Shown: positions 53,421-64,000 of the stretch, piece by piece
Layout: each line of letters starts with the position of its first letter
How positions within the stretch are numbered: position 1 is the stretch's first letter
Assembly (NCBI RefSeq): GCF_006345805.1
Contig: NC_043013.1
Span: 12,276,001 to 12,340,000 of the forward strand
From: Octopus sinensis
Taxonomy: Eukaryota
DNA length: 64,000 bases
Direction of reading: 5' to 3'
Notes under the pieces: generated by a model
What the model saw: only the letters and a program-made list of their open reading frames with translations
Told to the model about the DNA's origin: nothing
Database searches by the model: none
Made by a program: the position numbers and the translations under genes

Positions 53421-53838
53421 AGTAGTTCTCAACCGGGGCCCATATAAGATTTTGTGGTTAAAATTTTATGTTCCATAAATTGATTATATTTCTAAAATAC
53501 ACGAAATATTTTAACAATTTTTAAATGCAATTTCTAATATTTAATTCTAAAAGCACAAGGAGCGCTGAAAAGTCATGGTTTTATTCGACATATTGCCCTC
53601 CTCTCAGATTTACGCACTTATTGCAGCGGTCCTTCAGTTTTTCTAAGCCCTGTAAAAAGAACTCGGAAGGTTGGGCCTCCAATCAGGCCTTTCGCGACAC
53701 CCTCAAAGCCGGAAACTTTTCAACACCCTCTCGTGTAATCGGATTATTTAAACATCGAATGGATATGTGGATCCATCCGAATAAAATACGAATCAAAGAG
53801 GTCCACAAGTAAAAAAAAAAAATGTTTGAGAAACACTG
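53421..53838. mobile_element. hAT-type MITE with 8-bp TSD
   Basis: TIRs cagtagttctcaacc / gtttgagaaacactg; TSD cgttaaac (53413-53420) and cgttaaag (53839-53846). Confidence 0.8.
53554..53735 (-). mobile_element. Mariner-derived MITE nested in the hAT MITE
   Basis: TIR-like cacaaggagcgctgaaaagt / acttttcaacaccctctcgtg; internal SEFFLQGLEKLKDRCNKCVNLRGGQYVE* resembles a mariner C-terminus. Confidence 0.7.
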
Positions 53839-54179
53839 CGTTAAAGATTAAATGTTTCGTCTAAGAAATTGAATATTTTGAGAATCGGTGATCAGTGTTA
53901 TATAGATTCCGTAGAGTATTCTTTTATTCTGTTATTCTTTTACTTGTTTCAGTCATTTAACTGCGGCCATGCTGGAACACCGCCTTACATATCCGTTCAT
54001 CTGTTTTCTTCATAGCTTAAACTATCGTTAAATTAACTGCAGGACGACGATCTGGTAGAATCGTTTAAACATCGGGATAAATAGGCTTTGTAGTATTTGT
54101 ATAGGGTCTTTACGTTCTGATTTCGAAACACGTCGAGGTTAACCTTGTCTTTCATCCTTCCGCGGTCGATTAACGAAGA

Positions 54180-54620
54180 AATCGACCTCATCACTTAATC
54201 TTTGTAAGCCTAGTACTTAGTCTATCGGTCTCTTTTTCCGAACCCGCAAGTTACGGGAACATAAACACAACAGCATCGGTTATCAAGCGACGGCGGAAGA
54301 ACAAGCACAGACACACACACGCACATACACGCACACATACACGCACATACACGCACACACACACACACACACAATACATGCATACATACATGCATACATA
54401 CACACACACACACACACACACACATACATACATATATATATACACACACACATATATATATATATATACACACATACACACACACATATATATCTATATC
54501 TATATATATATATATATACAACAAGCTTCTTTCAGTTTCCGTCTACCAAATCCACTCACAAAACTTCGCTCAGCCCGAGACGATATAGTAGACAACACTT
54601 GCCCAAGGCACCATGCAGAA
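54180..54620 (-). mobile_element. SINE family A
   Basis: Tail, microsatellite and truncated head. Confidence 0.85.
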
Positions 54621-54959
54621 ACGGTCAGCCAAATATAAGTGGGTGCTGTAGTTAACTGGTACAAAAGGAATACGGTGTTTTAAAAAATCACATATTTTTT
54701 ATAATTAAGAAATGTTCAAATATTTTGCGTATTTTTAAAAGTATAACCAATTTTTGCTCATGAATTTTAACAACAAAATTTTATATGGACCCCTGAGGGC
54801 CATGTGGCCCACGGTTGAGGACCACTGCTCTACGTCATGTTTGGTCATTTTACCAAAATGACCAAACATGAAATAGAGACACCGCACACTCACACGCGCG
54901 CACTCAAAAATCAAGGTGGAGATAACACCAGTTAATTTCACTATCAATTTGATATCCTT

Positions 54960-55277
54960 TCTACTATAGGCACAAGGTTTGAAACATTTGCGGAGGGGGC
55001 TAGTCGATTACATCGACCCCAGTGTGTAACTGGTACTTAATTTATCGACCCCGAAAGAATGAATAGCAAAGTCGACTTTGACAGAATTTGAGCTCAGAAT
55101 ACAGATAAAAGAAATGCCATTAGGCATTTTGTCCGGCCTGCTAATGTTTCTTATTTCTTTATTGCCCACAAGGGGCTAAACATAGAGGGGACAACCAATC
55201 GCCCGGTCTGAGATTCGAACTCGCGATCCCTCGACCGCGAGTCAGCTGCTCTAACTACTAGGCCATGTGCCTCCACT
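54960..55277 (-). mobile_element. SINE family C (54960-55195) abutting a family D head (55197-55277)
   Basis: atcgaccccagtgtgtaactggtact block; gagttcgaatctc B box. Confidence 0.75.
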
Positions 55278-56392
55278 CAACTAACCTACTTGCAATGAGA
55301 TTGTTTGCTTTGTGCCTAAATTAGAAACCATTAAACAAACCCTAGTATTTGACTAATACATTGCGTTTCATCCTTTCCGGTGTTTTAAGGCATAAGGACA
55401 CTGGAGAGTTGGGATGGGGCAGTGCTAATTTATGCAGGCTGTGGTTGTGTATACTGAGGGTCTAGTGGCCCTTGATACTGTTATGACACCCCTGGGCCCT
55501 TGATACTGTTATGACAGCCCAGCTTCAGTGTGAACTGAACGCGAAAGCAGAAAATAAAATCACATTGGAAGGTGTAGTGTAGAATACAATACACCAGAAT
55601 TAATACAGAGTGGTCATGAGTGGAGCGTCATCGGTTATAGATCTAATCTATAACCAACGATGATTCCATAGGAGCAGCGTTTTCGATCATATTACAAATT
55701 ATTTCTTTACCAAGTCTGGTCCCAAAGCAGCGCAATTCTAGGGGTTAAATTCTTGTCAATCTTCATAAAAATTTTGAAATCTCAAATAAGTTCCAACTGA
55801 GGCCATTCTGCGAGATTTGAATGGAATTGCCATATTGGATTTCTGTTGTGACTTACTACAACAACAGTAACAACAACAATAATCTGCATAACCAGGGTTG
55901 ACTAGAAGAAGAAGAACAAGAACAAGAACAAGAACAAGAACAAGAAGAAGTGGAGGACAAGAAGAAGGAGAAGGAAAAGGAGGCGGGAAAGGGGGAGGGG
56001 GAAAAGAAGTAGGAGGTGGGTAAGGAGGAGAAGTAGAAAGAAAAGAAGGGAAGGAGGGAAGGAAGAGGGGAAGAAGAAGAAGAAGAAAAAGAAGAAGAAA
56101 AAGAAGAAAAAGAAGATGAAGAAGAAGAAGAAGAAGAAGAAGAAGAAGAAGAAGAAAAAAAGAAGAGAAAAACAAGAAGAAGAAGAAGAAGAAGAAGAAG
56201 AAGAAGAAGAAGAAGAAGGAGAGGAAGAAGATGAAAAAGAACAACAATAACGACGTCCGATGACAGGGCCAGCCTGGATCTTAACAAGATGATGTTGTTT
56301 ATGATACTGATGATGGTGATGATGATGATGGTGATGATGATGATAATGATGATGATGATGATGATGAAGACAAGACGATGACGAAGACGACA

Positions 56393-56455
56393 CCAACAAG
56401 ACCGACCACACCCGACCACACCCGACCATACCCGACCATGCCCGACCATACCCGT
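56393..56455. repeat. 10-bp minisatellite (cccgaccaYa), about 6 units
   Basis: accgaccacacccgaccacacccgaccatacccgaccatgcccgaccatacccg. Confidence 0.9.
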
Positions 56456-57093
56456 CTATATCTCTTCATTTTTTTCTTTTTTTTGTTACTATTTTACTTA
56501 ATTTAAATGTGACGACAGGTCACCGGCAATAGAAAAGCCATAGGAGAAGAAACGGGAGATAAATCCTTTAAAGAAAAAAAAGAAAAATAGAAAACCCTTT
56601 TTTTTTTTATCTGTCACAGAAATCTGGCATCAGACGCTACCACCGACACCATCGCTGCAGCCGCTACCACTACCACAACCACCACTACCATCACCAGAAC
56701 CGTCGTCACCCCTAACCAACGATATTGCTAATATTCTTCGACTAACACTTGCATCTCCCCCGCCTGGGTATCTCTGACTTAAATTTGTAGTCCTTTGTGT
56801 GAGAAAATAAAAAAAAACAGAAACAACAAGCAACAAACCAACAAAGAACAATAGCAAAATAAACAAACAAAAAAAGAAACCACAGGCCCACATCGAACGA
56901 GCCCTTCTCTGTGTAAATAGGGGTTTAGTTATTTACTTATGGGATTCTACAGAGCAAGGAAAGGGGCGTGTAACTGGACAGAAAACAAGAAACCATTGTG
57001 CGAGAAATATCACACCACACACACACACACACACACATATTCATATATACGTATCTATATTCATGTATAATATATGTATATATATATATAATA

Positions 57094-57153
<60 letters not shown>

Positions 57154-57196
57154 CACACACACATATTCATATATACGTATCTATATTCATGTATAA

Positions 57197-57234
<38 letters not shown>

Positions 57235-57942
57235 GTAAACACACACACACATTCGTATATACGTATGTATATTCATGTATACAATATATATATATATATA
57301 TATAATATATATATTATATATATATATATATATTGTATACATGAATATACATACGTATATACGAATGTGTGTGTGACAATCATATATACATATATATATA
57401 TGTATATAGGTGTGCGTGTGTTGATATATCTGAGCATAAATATAGAGATATGAAAAGCTTGATAGACAGGCAGATAGTCATACTATAAAATGGATGAATG
57501 AGTGGATGTATGCATATACAGTTATGTATGTATGTATGTATGTGTGTGTGTGTGTATATATATATATACACACACAAATATATACTATTATACAAATACA
57601 CACAAATGTATATACGTATTAGTAATCTTAATATAATATATATATACTGGCTGCCACTCTTCTCTCTCTCTCTCTCTTTCTCCTATCTATCTCTCTATGG
57701 ATCTTTTCACAAACACACATACATGCAGCCGCACACACACTCAGACACACACACACGCACACACATTGCGTGTTTTAGCTTCCTTCTCCTTAAATCTTAA
57801 ATCCCATTGAATCGCTACTGCCATCTTGTTAATCAACACCACCGTCAGGTGCGCCCCTATTTCATATCAGGAATTCTTATTTCCGCTGTTGTTATTGCTG
57901 TTGTTGTTGTTGTTGTTGTTGTTAATACTGATGCTGTTGGCG

Positions 57943-58000
<58 letters not shown>

Positions 58001-58078
58001 TATACGTGTGTTTTCCAATACCTATCCTCAAAAGATTCACGAAATGACAACGATGACGATAATGATGATGATGATGAT

Positions 58079-58130
<52 letters not shown>

Positions 58131-58215
58131 CGATGACGACGACGATGATGATGATGATGATGACGACGACGACGACGACGATGATGATGATGATGATGAT
58201 GATGATGACGATGAC

Positions 58216-58247
<32 letters not shown>

Positions 58248-58699
58248 TGATGATGATGATGATGTTGATGATGATGATAACGATGATGATGATATCCTTA
58301 CTGCTGCTACTGATAATAGTAGGGATTTGTGTTACCGGGTACTAGGGCCCAACACATTGAAGACAGCACAAAAGAACGAAATGCAACGTACGAAAAATGG
58401 CGAAGTTGCATCGATCAAAGCGGAAAGAACAACTTAGATATATGACAAATATACATCGAGACAATCTTCTCACATTTAGCTGATGCTTTCTATAATTGTC
58501 GCCGGAGAGCCATTGATTCATAAAATTAGAAGAAATGTCGGCACAGGGGTTACAACATATGGATTCGGATAAAACAAAACAATATGCAATATAAAGAAAT
58601 TTGATGGTGGTTGGAGATGTTACATAATAAATATATTGGATATGTTAAACATTAGCTGTGAATTAGAATTGAGACCTCCACCTTCGGTCATGAATGACC

Positions 58700-58997
58700 A
58701 TGGAATTTCACCTACAAAGTTACCCTCCGAGGCGCAAGTCCGGGCAAGGTTGTTTAAGGATGACCAGCAGTTGTCCATGCATACCGGCCTCCGATGTTAT
58801 CCAAGGGAAAGGCAAAGGGGCCGATGCAGCTTGGCACCAGTGACGTCGCAACTCATTTCTACAGCTGAGTGAACTGGAGCAACGTTAAATAAATTGTCTG
58901 GCTCGAGAGCACAACACGCAGCCCGGTCCGGGAATCGAACTCACAACGTCACGATCGTAAGCTCGACGCTCTAACCACTGAGCCATGTGCCTTCATG
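58700..58997 (-). mobile_element. SINE family E
   Basis: A box TGGCTCAGTGG, B box AGTTCGATTCC. Confidence 0.85.
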
Positions 58998-59020
58998 GGA
59001 ATTAGAATACACAAATCTAT

Positions 59021-59235
59021 CTATCCGCTCAGTCGAAGTCGACTCTCGGTCACTCGTTGGATCAGTGTCCTCCAGTCAGTTCTATCCTGAGCCGCTTCTT
59101 TCAGATTGGCTACGTCCATTTCGGTATCACTCTTGATGGTTCTTAGTCGGCCTCTTCCTCTCTTGCCACTGACCATTCCGAGCATGATGTCCTTCTCCAG
59201 GGATTTTCTCCGCATAATATGACCGAAATATGCCA
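59021..59235 (-). pseudogene. RTE-clade LINE ORF 3' end
   Basis: YFGHIMRRKSLEKDIMLGMVSGKRGRGR...LKEAAQDRTDWRTLIQRVTESRLRL is the typical RTE C-terminus. Confidence 0.85.
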
Positions 59236-59691
59236 AATAATTAAATATAAACACAATAAACACAATAATTAACAAATATATTTAATTTTAAAAAACAAAC
59301 TCACTCATACACGTGTTACATCGGGTCATCTAGTTGGTAGGAGGAAACACGTGTATGCCCAACTACCGTTGATATTGAAATCAAGTATACTCAAAGGGAG
59401 GAACGGGGCTTCGGCATCTTTAGCTTCGTCGATTGAAGACGGGGCAATCTCCGCTACCATTTTCAGAGCTTCGAATATCTGTGCTGCGGGAAACAGCGGC
59501 CTCCAGAACTTACTGTTGTTGATGCTTCTGTTGTTGTTTGTGTCTGTAGTTTTCTAGTCTCTCTGAAAATGGCTGCTATTGCTAGAAGTATAACAACTGG
59601 ATTTTTCTGCCTTTTGTCGCCTTGTCTCGTTGCTTTGCATTCAGCACCCAAAGACTATAAAGCTCTGTAATGATTCTACGTTGTTTCCCAG

Positions 59692-59865
59692 GAGGCGTAG
59701 GAGTGGTTGTGTGGTAACTAGCTTGTATTACCAACCACATGGTTCCGGGTTCAGTCCCACTGCGGGGCACCTTGGGTAAGTGTCTTCTACTATAGCCTCG
59801 GGCCGACCAAAGCCTTGTGAGTGGATTTGGTAGACGGAAACTGAAAGAAGCCCGTCGTATATATG

Positions 59866-59911
<46 letters not shown>

Positions 59912-60165
59912 TATATATATATATATATATATATATATCTGTGTGCGTGTGTGTATGTGTGTGTTTGTCCCCCCAACATCGCTTGACGACTGATGCTGGT
60001 GTGTTTACGTCCCCGTAACTTAGCGGTTCGGCAAAAGGAACCAATAGAATAAGTACTAGGCTTACAAAGAATAAGTCCTGGGTTCGATTTGCTCGACTAA
60101 AAGCGGTGCTGCAGCATGGCCACAGTCACATGACTGAAACAAGTAAAAAAGTAAGAGTAAAAATG
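59692..60165 (+). mobile_element. SINE family A, near-consensus full copy
   Basis: aggcgtaggagtggttgtgtggtaa...gggttcagtccc...(TA)n(TG)n...catgactgaaacaagtaaaaaagtaagagtaaaa. Confidence 0.92.
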
Positions 60166-60338
60166 AGTCATTAGGATATATGTAAGTCCCAACTACATAA
60201 CCTCCTGGGCAATTTTTTTTCTTTTTGTGATCTCCGCACCTACAACTTGTGTTATGATGGAGTGGAATGGATAAGTTATAAAAGGACGAGAGAAGGTAAA
60301 AGACATTATATAACTGTTCAAATCTTATTCAAATATTA

Positions 60339-60879
60339 TTGTGTTGAGTCAAAAGTTTTGAAATATTGTGGTAACTTATTTGTCAAGTCCCAACAAAAGC
60401 TGCTTAGCATTCAAAGTGGAGGCCATCGTGTTGCATCGTCTGAAGGCACCTTTCTGCCATTTCTTTAATTCCACGCTTAACAGAGATTAAGCTCTTCTAC
60501 AGCAGGACAGCGCAAGACCTCGCATCGCTCGAACGATCCGAAGTAAACTCCACGAACTTGTAGGAATCGAACTGATGCTATACTCAGTTTATTGTCCGGA
60601 CGTAGCTCACTCGGATTATTATTACTTCCGATCTATGGCTCACTTCCTGTGCACGCGACGCTTCATCAACGAAGACGAAGTGGAAGCTGCCGTGAAAGAG
60701 TTCTACGTCTCGAAGGACAAGAACCGGTATCAACGTGAAATCAAAGAATTGAGAGAAAGGTGGCTCCAGACTGGGCAATACGATGGCCTCTACTTTGAAT
60801 GGTAGGCTGCTTTCGTTCTAACCTGATGAATAAAGCAAATAAGTTATCAAAATATTGCAGAACTTTTGACCCAACACAA
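60339..60879 (+). mobile_element. Internally deleted mariner transposon with both TIRs and TA TSD
   Basis: ~44-bp TIRs (ttgtgttgagtcaaaagttttg... / ...cagaacttttgacccaacacaa), TA at 60337 and 60880; QQDSARP...YCPDVAHSDYYYFRSMAHFL...ERW..GLYFE (cf. HDNARP, YSPDLAPSD). Confidence 0.9.
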
Positions 60880-60884
60880 TACAT

Positions 60885-61135
60885 CTGCCCTGACCTTCAT
60901 ACCACATTTATCTTTTTATCGCCCACAGGGGGCTAAACGTAGAGGGTACAAACAAGGACATACAAAGGGATTAAGTCGATTACATCGACCCCAGTGCGTA
61001 ACTGGTACTTATTTAGTCGACCCCGAAAGGATGAAAGGCAAAGTCGACCTCGGCTGAATTTGAACTCAGAACGTAACGGCAGACGAAATACCACTAAGCA
61101 TTTCGCCTGACACGCTAACGATTCTCGCCAGCTTA
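60885..61135 (-). mobile_element. SINE family C, near consensus
   Basis: Reverse complement of the 35425 copy. Confidence 0.9.
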
Positions 61136-61577
61136 CGGGCGAGTATGTCACGTACGATTTGGGTTTGCGCTTTCGACTGTCCTCTGTTTTAAAGATGACA
61201 CATAGTACCACACTGTATCCCTCTCTCAATCAAGGAGATATTTCTCTTATGATAGCACGATATCTGCTAGGGTTGCTTTCAACTCTTGTTTTACTGAGAC
61301 CAAAAGCAAAAGAAAAGAAAAATCTGCTGTTTTCTTTGAAAGGCAGAGTTACTTTTCATAAGATTGCGCTTATGATGATTGCGGCATTAGATGTAAGATG
61401 TAGACAAACGGTTGAAGGGGAGTGGAATAGAATGTCATGTGGAGTTTCTACAGAAAGTTTGCATCTTAGAAACATGAAAGATTATAAGGAGGGTTCTATG
61501 CACTTGAAAGACTATTGAAAGCTTGTGGGTACTGGTAGTAAATCCTATCAAGAATAAGACCCAATTTGAGTCAAATC

Positions 61578-61681
<104 letters not shown>

Positions 61682-61689
61682 TGCTGATT

Positions 61690-61739
<50 letters not shown>

Positions 61740-61764
61740 AATAATAGTAATAATAATTCTTTCT

Positions 61765-61940
61765 ACTAAAGGCAGAGGGCCTGAAATTTTGGAGAGGGGA
61801 CTATTCGATTATATCGACCCCAGTGTCTCACTGGTACTTAAATTATCGATCCCGAAAGGATGAAAGGCAAAGTCTACCCCGGCGGAATTTGAAATCAGAA
61901 CGAAGTGACGGGCGAAATACCGCTAAGCATTTCGTCCAGT
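61765..61940 (-). mobile_element. SINE family C in (AAT)n
   Basis: atcgaccccagtgtctcactggtact...gaaataccgctaagcatttcg. Confidence 0.8.
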
Positions 61941-61964
61941 GTCAAATCAATAATAATAATAATA

Positions 61965-62021
<57 letters not shown>

Positions 62022-62068
62022 TGATGATAATGATAATAATAATAATAATAATAATAATGATGATAATG

Positions 62069-62102
<34 letters not shown>

Positions 62103-62103
<1 letters not shown>

Positions 62104-62640
62104 GGCAGTGGCTCTCATGGCTTTTGAACTTAGCTGATTGGAAGTGTTATCATGTACATTGTTTTGTCTTGGTATAAAAGACGAACTACAGCAAATATTC
62201 TGCTCAATAACACAGGTTTGTTTCTCAGTTGCTTGACCTTAACCAGTTGAGCATGTCCCTTAGTGGCTGACCATATGTGCATCTCTGAGCACGAGCAGAA
62301 GTAGTGGGAGAGCATCATGCTTATAGGTTGAGAGGAATTCTTTGGAGTTTAAACAATTCACCTCTGGAAACATCGATGTTTTATTCATCACCCTTAAACA
62401 AACCTTATTCAGGGACCTTTAGAGTAGGATGGGCTACTCGACCTGAACAAAATTCTAAGTGGGCCCCATCTGCAAGGTCATGCGCTGTTATCTTGATATG
62501 AGATTACCATGTCACGAACATATGGCTGTGATACATGTCTCTGCTGTACCCTTATCAAACGGGTAGTCATGATGGGTATACTGAGCTTCGTATATTTGTA
62601 CCCCAGTGTCACTTTGATGGCCTGCACTGCTCCCTCACTC
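62103..62640 (+). mobile_element. Family B copy 6
   Basis: Diverged family B copy ending ccctcactc-(AAT)n. Confidence 0.88.
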
Positions 62641-62661
62641 AATAATAATAATAATAATAAC

Positions 62662-62720
<59 letters not shown>

Positions 62721-62740
62721 TGATGATGGTGATGATGATG

Positions 62741-62827
<87 letters not shown>

Positions 62828-63239
62828 TCATAATATCTCAGCGAAAGAGTTTGACAAGCTCAGAAAATATAAAGACCTACTCATTGAAATTGAGAAAATG
62901 TGGCATCTCAAGGCGGTTACAATATCAGTGATCGTATTATCACTAGGAATGATCAAGAAGGGAACCGAAAATTATATGAGAATGATCCCTGGCTTACCAT
63001 CCCTGCAAGAAGTGCAAAAGATTGTCTTAACTGGTACATCACACGTATTGAGAAGAGCATTGTCGATGTGAGAACTGTTGCTGCTCATGTTTTTTAATAT
63101 AACTTAAAAAAAAAAAAAATGAACGAACTATTGAGTTTGGTTTAATGGCCTACCAATGTATACTATGAGTTTCTTTGCCCTAGGAGTCGGGAAGACACTC
63201 GGCAAGAAATGGAAGCAAATTTGAAAGAAGAAAAAAAAA

Positions 63240-63240
<1 letters not shown>
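62828..63240 (+). mobile_element. R4/Dong-type LINE 3' fragment (same subfamily as 13648)
   Basis: AKEFDKLRKYKDLLIEIEKMWHLKAVTISVIVLSLGMIKKG...QEVQKIVLTGTSHVLRRALSM*; (AAT)n both sides. Confidence 0.88.
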
Positions 63241-63308
<68 letters not shown>

Positions 63309-63334
63309 GTTGTTGTTATTATTATGGAGCGTAA

Positions 63335-63520
63335 GAGAAGGGTAATTGTTTCAAATTTTTGACAAAAACCCAATAATTTTAGAGAAGGGCCCATCAGGCA
63401 CTTATTCTATCGACTTTGAAAGAATGAAAGCCAAAGCTGACCCATGCGGAATTTGAACCACAGACATAAACAGCCGTAATTAAAACGTAAAAAGCAATTT
63501 GACCAACGGTTTAACGATTC
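63335..63520 (-). mobile_element. SINE family C, diverged
   Basis: gaatgaaagccaaagctgacccatgcggaatttgaac...ttaacgattcagccaatc. Confidence 0.6.
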
Positions 63521-63721
63521 AGCCAATCCAACGATCCTTTTGAATTAAAATTAAATTTTTTTTTTAAATTGGTTTTTAAAAATGTAAAAACATGAAAAGA
63601 GGAAATGATGATGATAATGATGATGATGATGGTGATGGTGGTGGTGGTGGTGGTGATGAGGAGGAGAAGGATATCAATACACCCACCACTACCCGACCAC
63701 CATATACAACCACCACCATCG

Positions 63722-63763
<42 letters not shown>

Positions 63764-63947
63764 GTACTAGTACAATCACTACAACTATAATTACTACTAC
63801 TGCTGCTGCTGCTGCTGGTGTTACTGCTCTTTTGGTTGCTGCTGCTCCCGGCCGCAACAGGAAAATTGATGATGATGAATATGATGATAATCTGGCGTAT
63901 AAGTGGGAGAGTGAGCAGCAACAACAGCAACAGCAACAACAGCAGCC

Positions 63948-63988
<41 letters not shown>

Positions 63989-64000
63989 GATTATTATGAT

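Overview
Eukaryotic, AT-rich, extremely microsatellite-dense DNA with one 100-N gap (5782-5881). Repeat style and SINE families fit an octopod cephalopod (Octopus-like); this is inference from sequence recognition, not a database match. No prokaryotic gene cluster, CRISPR array or intact host ORF is visible, and nearly all listed ORFs are translations of simple repeats. Supported content: (1) a near full-length R4/Dong-type non-LTR retrotransposon (RT YMDD, CCHC knuckle, restriction-like endonuclease) at about 29.6-33.4 kb (-), broken by frameshifts, plus five 5'-truncated relatives, all in (TAA)n; (2) six copies of a ~555-bp non-coding element, always in (AAT)n; (3) four tRNA-headed SINE families; (4) Tx1/L1, CR1/Jockey, RTE and mariner relics, several MITEs and long fold-back palindromes; (5) one good and a few weak candidate host exons. 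The most interesting signal is a set of minimal type I hammerhead-ribozyme folds in three unrelated short repeat families: a tRNA-headed SINE (7.1, 8.1, 34.9 kb), a 352-bp unit with terminal direct repeats whose core carries a compensatory U3-A8 pair (43.5 kb, homologue at 50.8 kb), and a family at 44.9 and 45.7 kb. These look like retrozyme/Penelope-type self-cleaving RNA elements. Cleavage activity and novelty are untested. Repeat-copy boundaries are approximate unless TIR/TSD positions are given.
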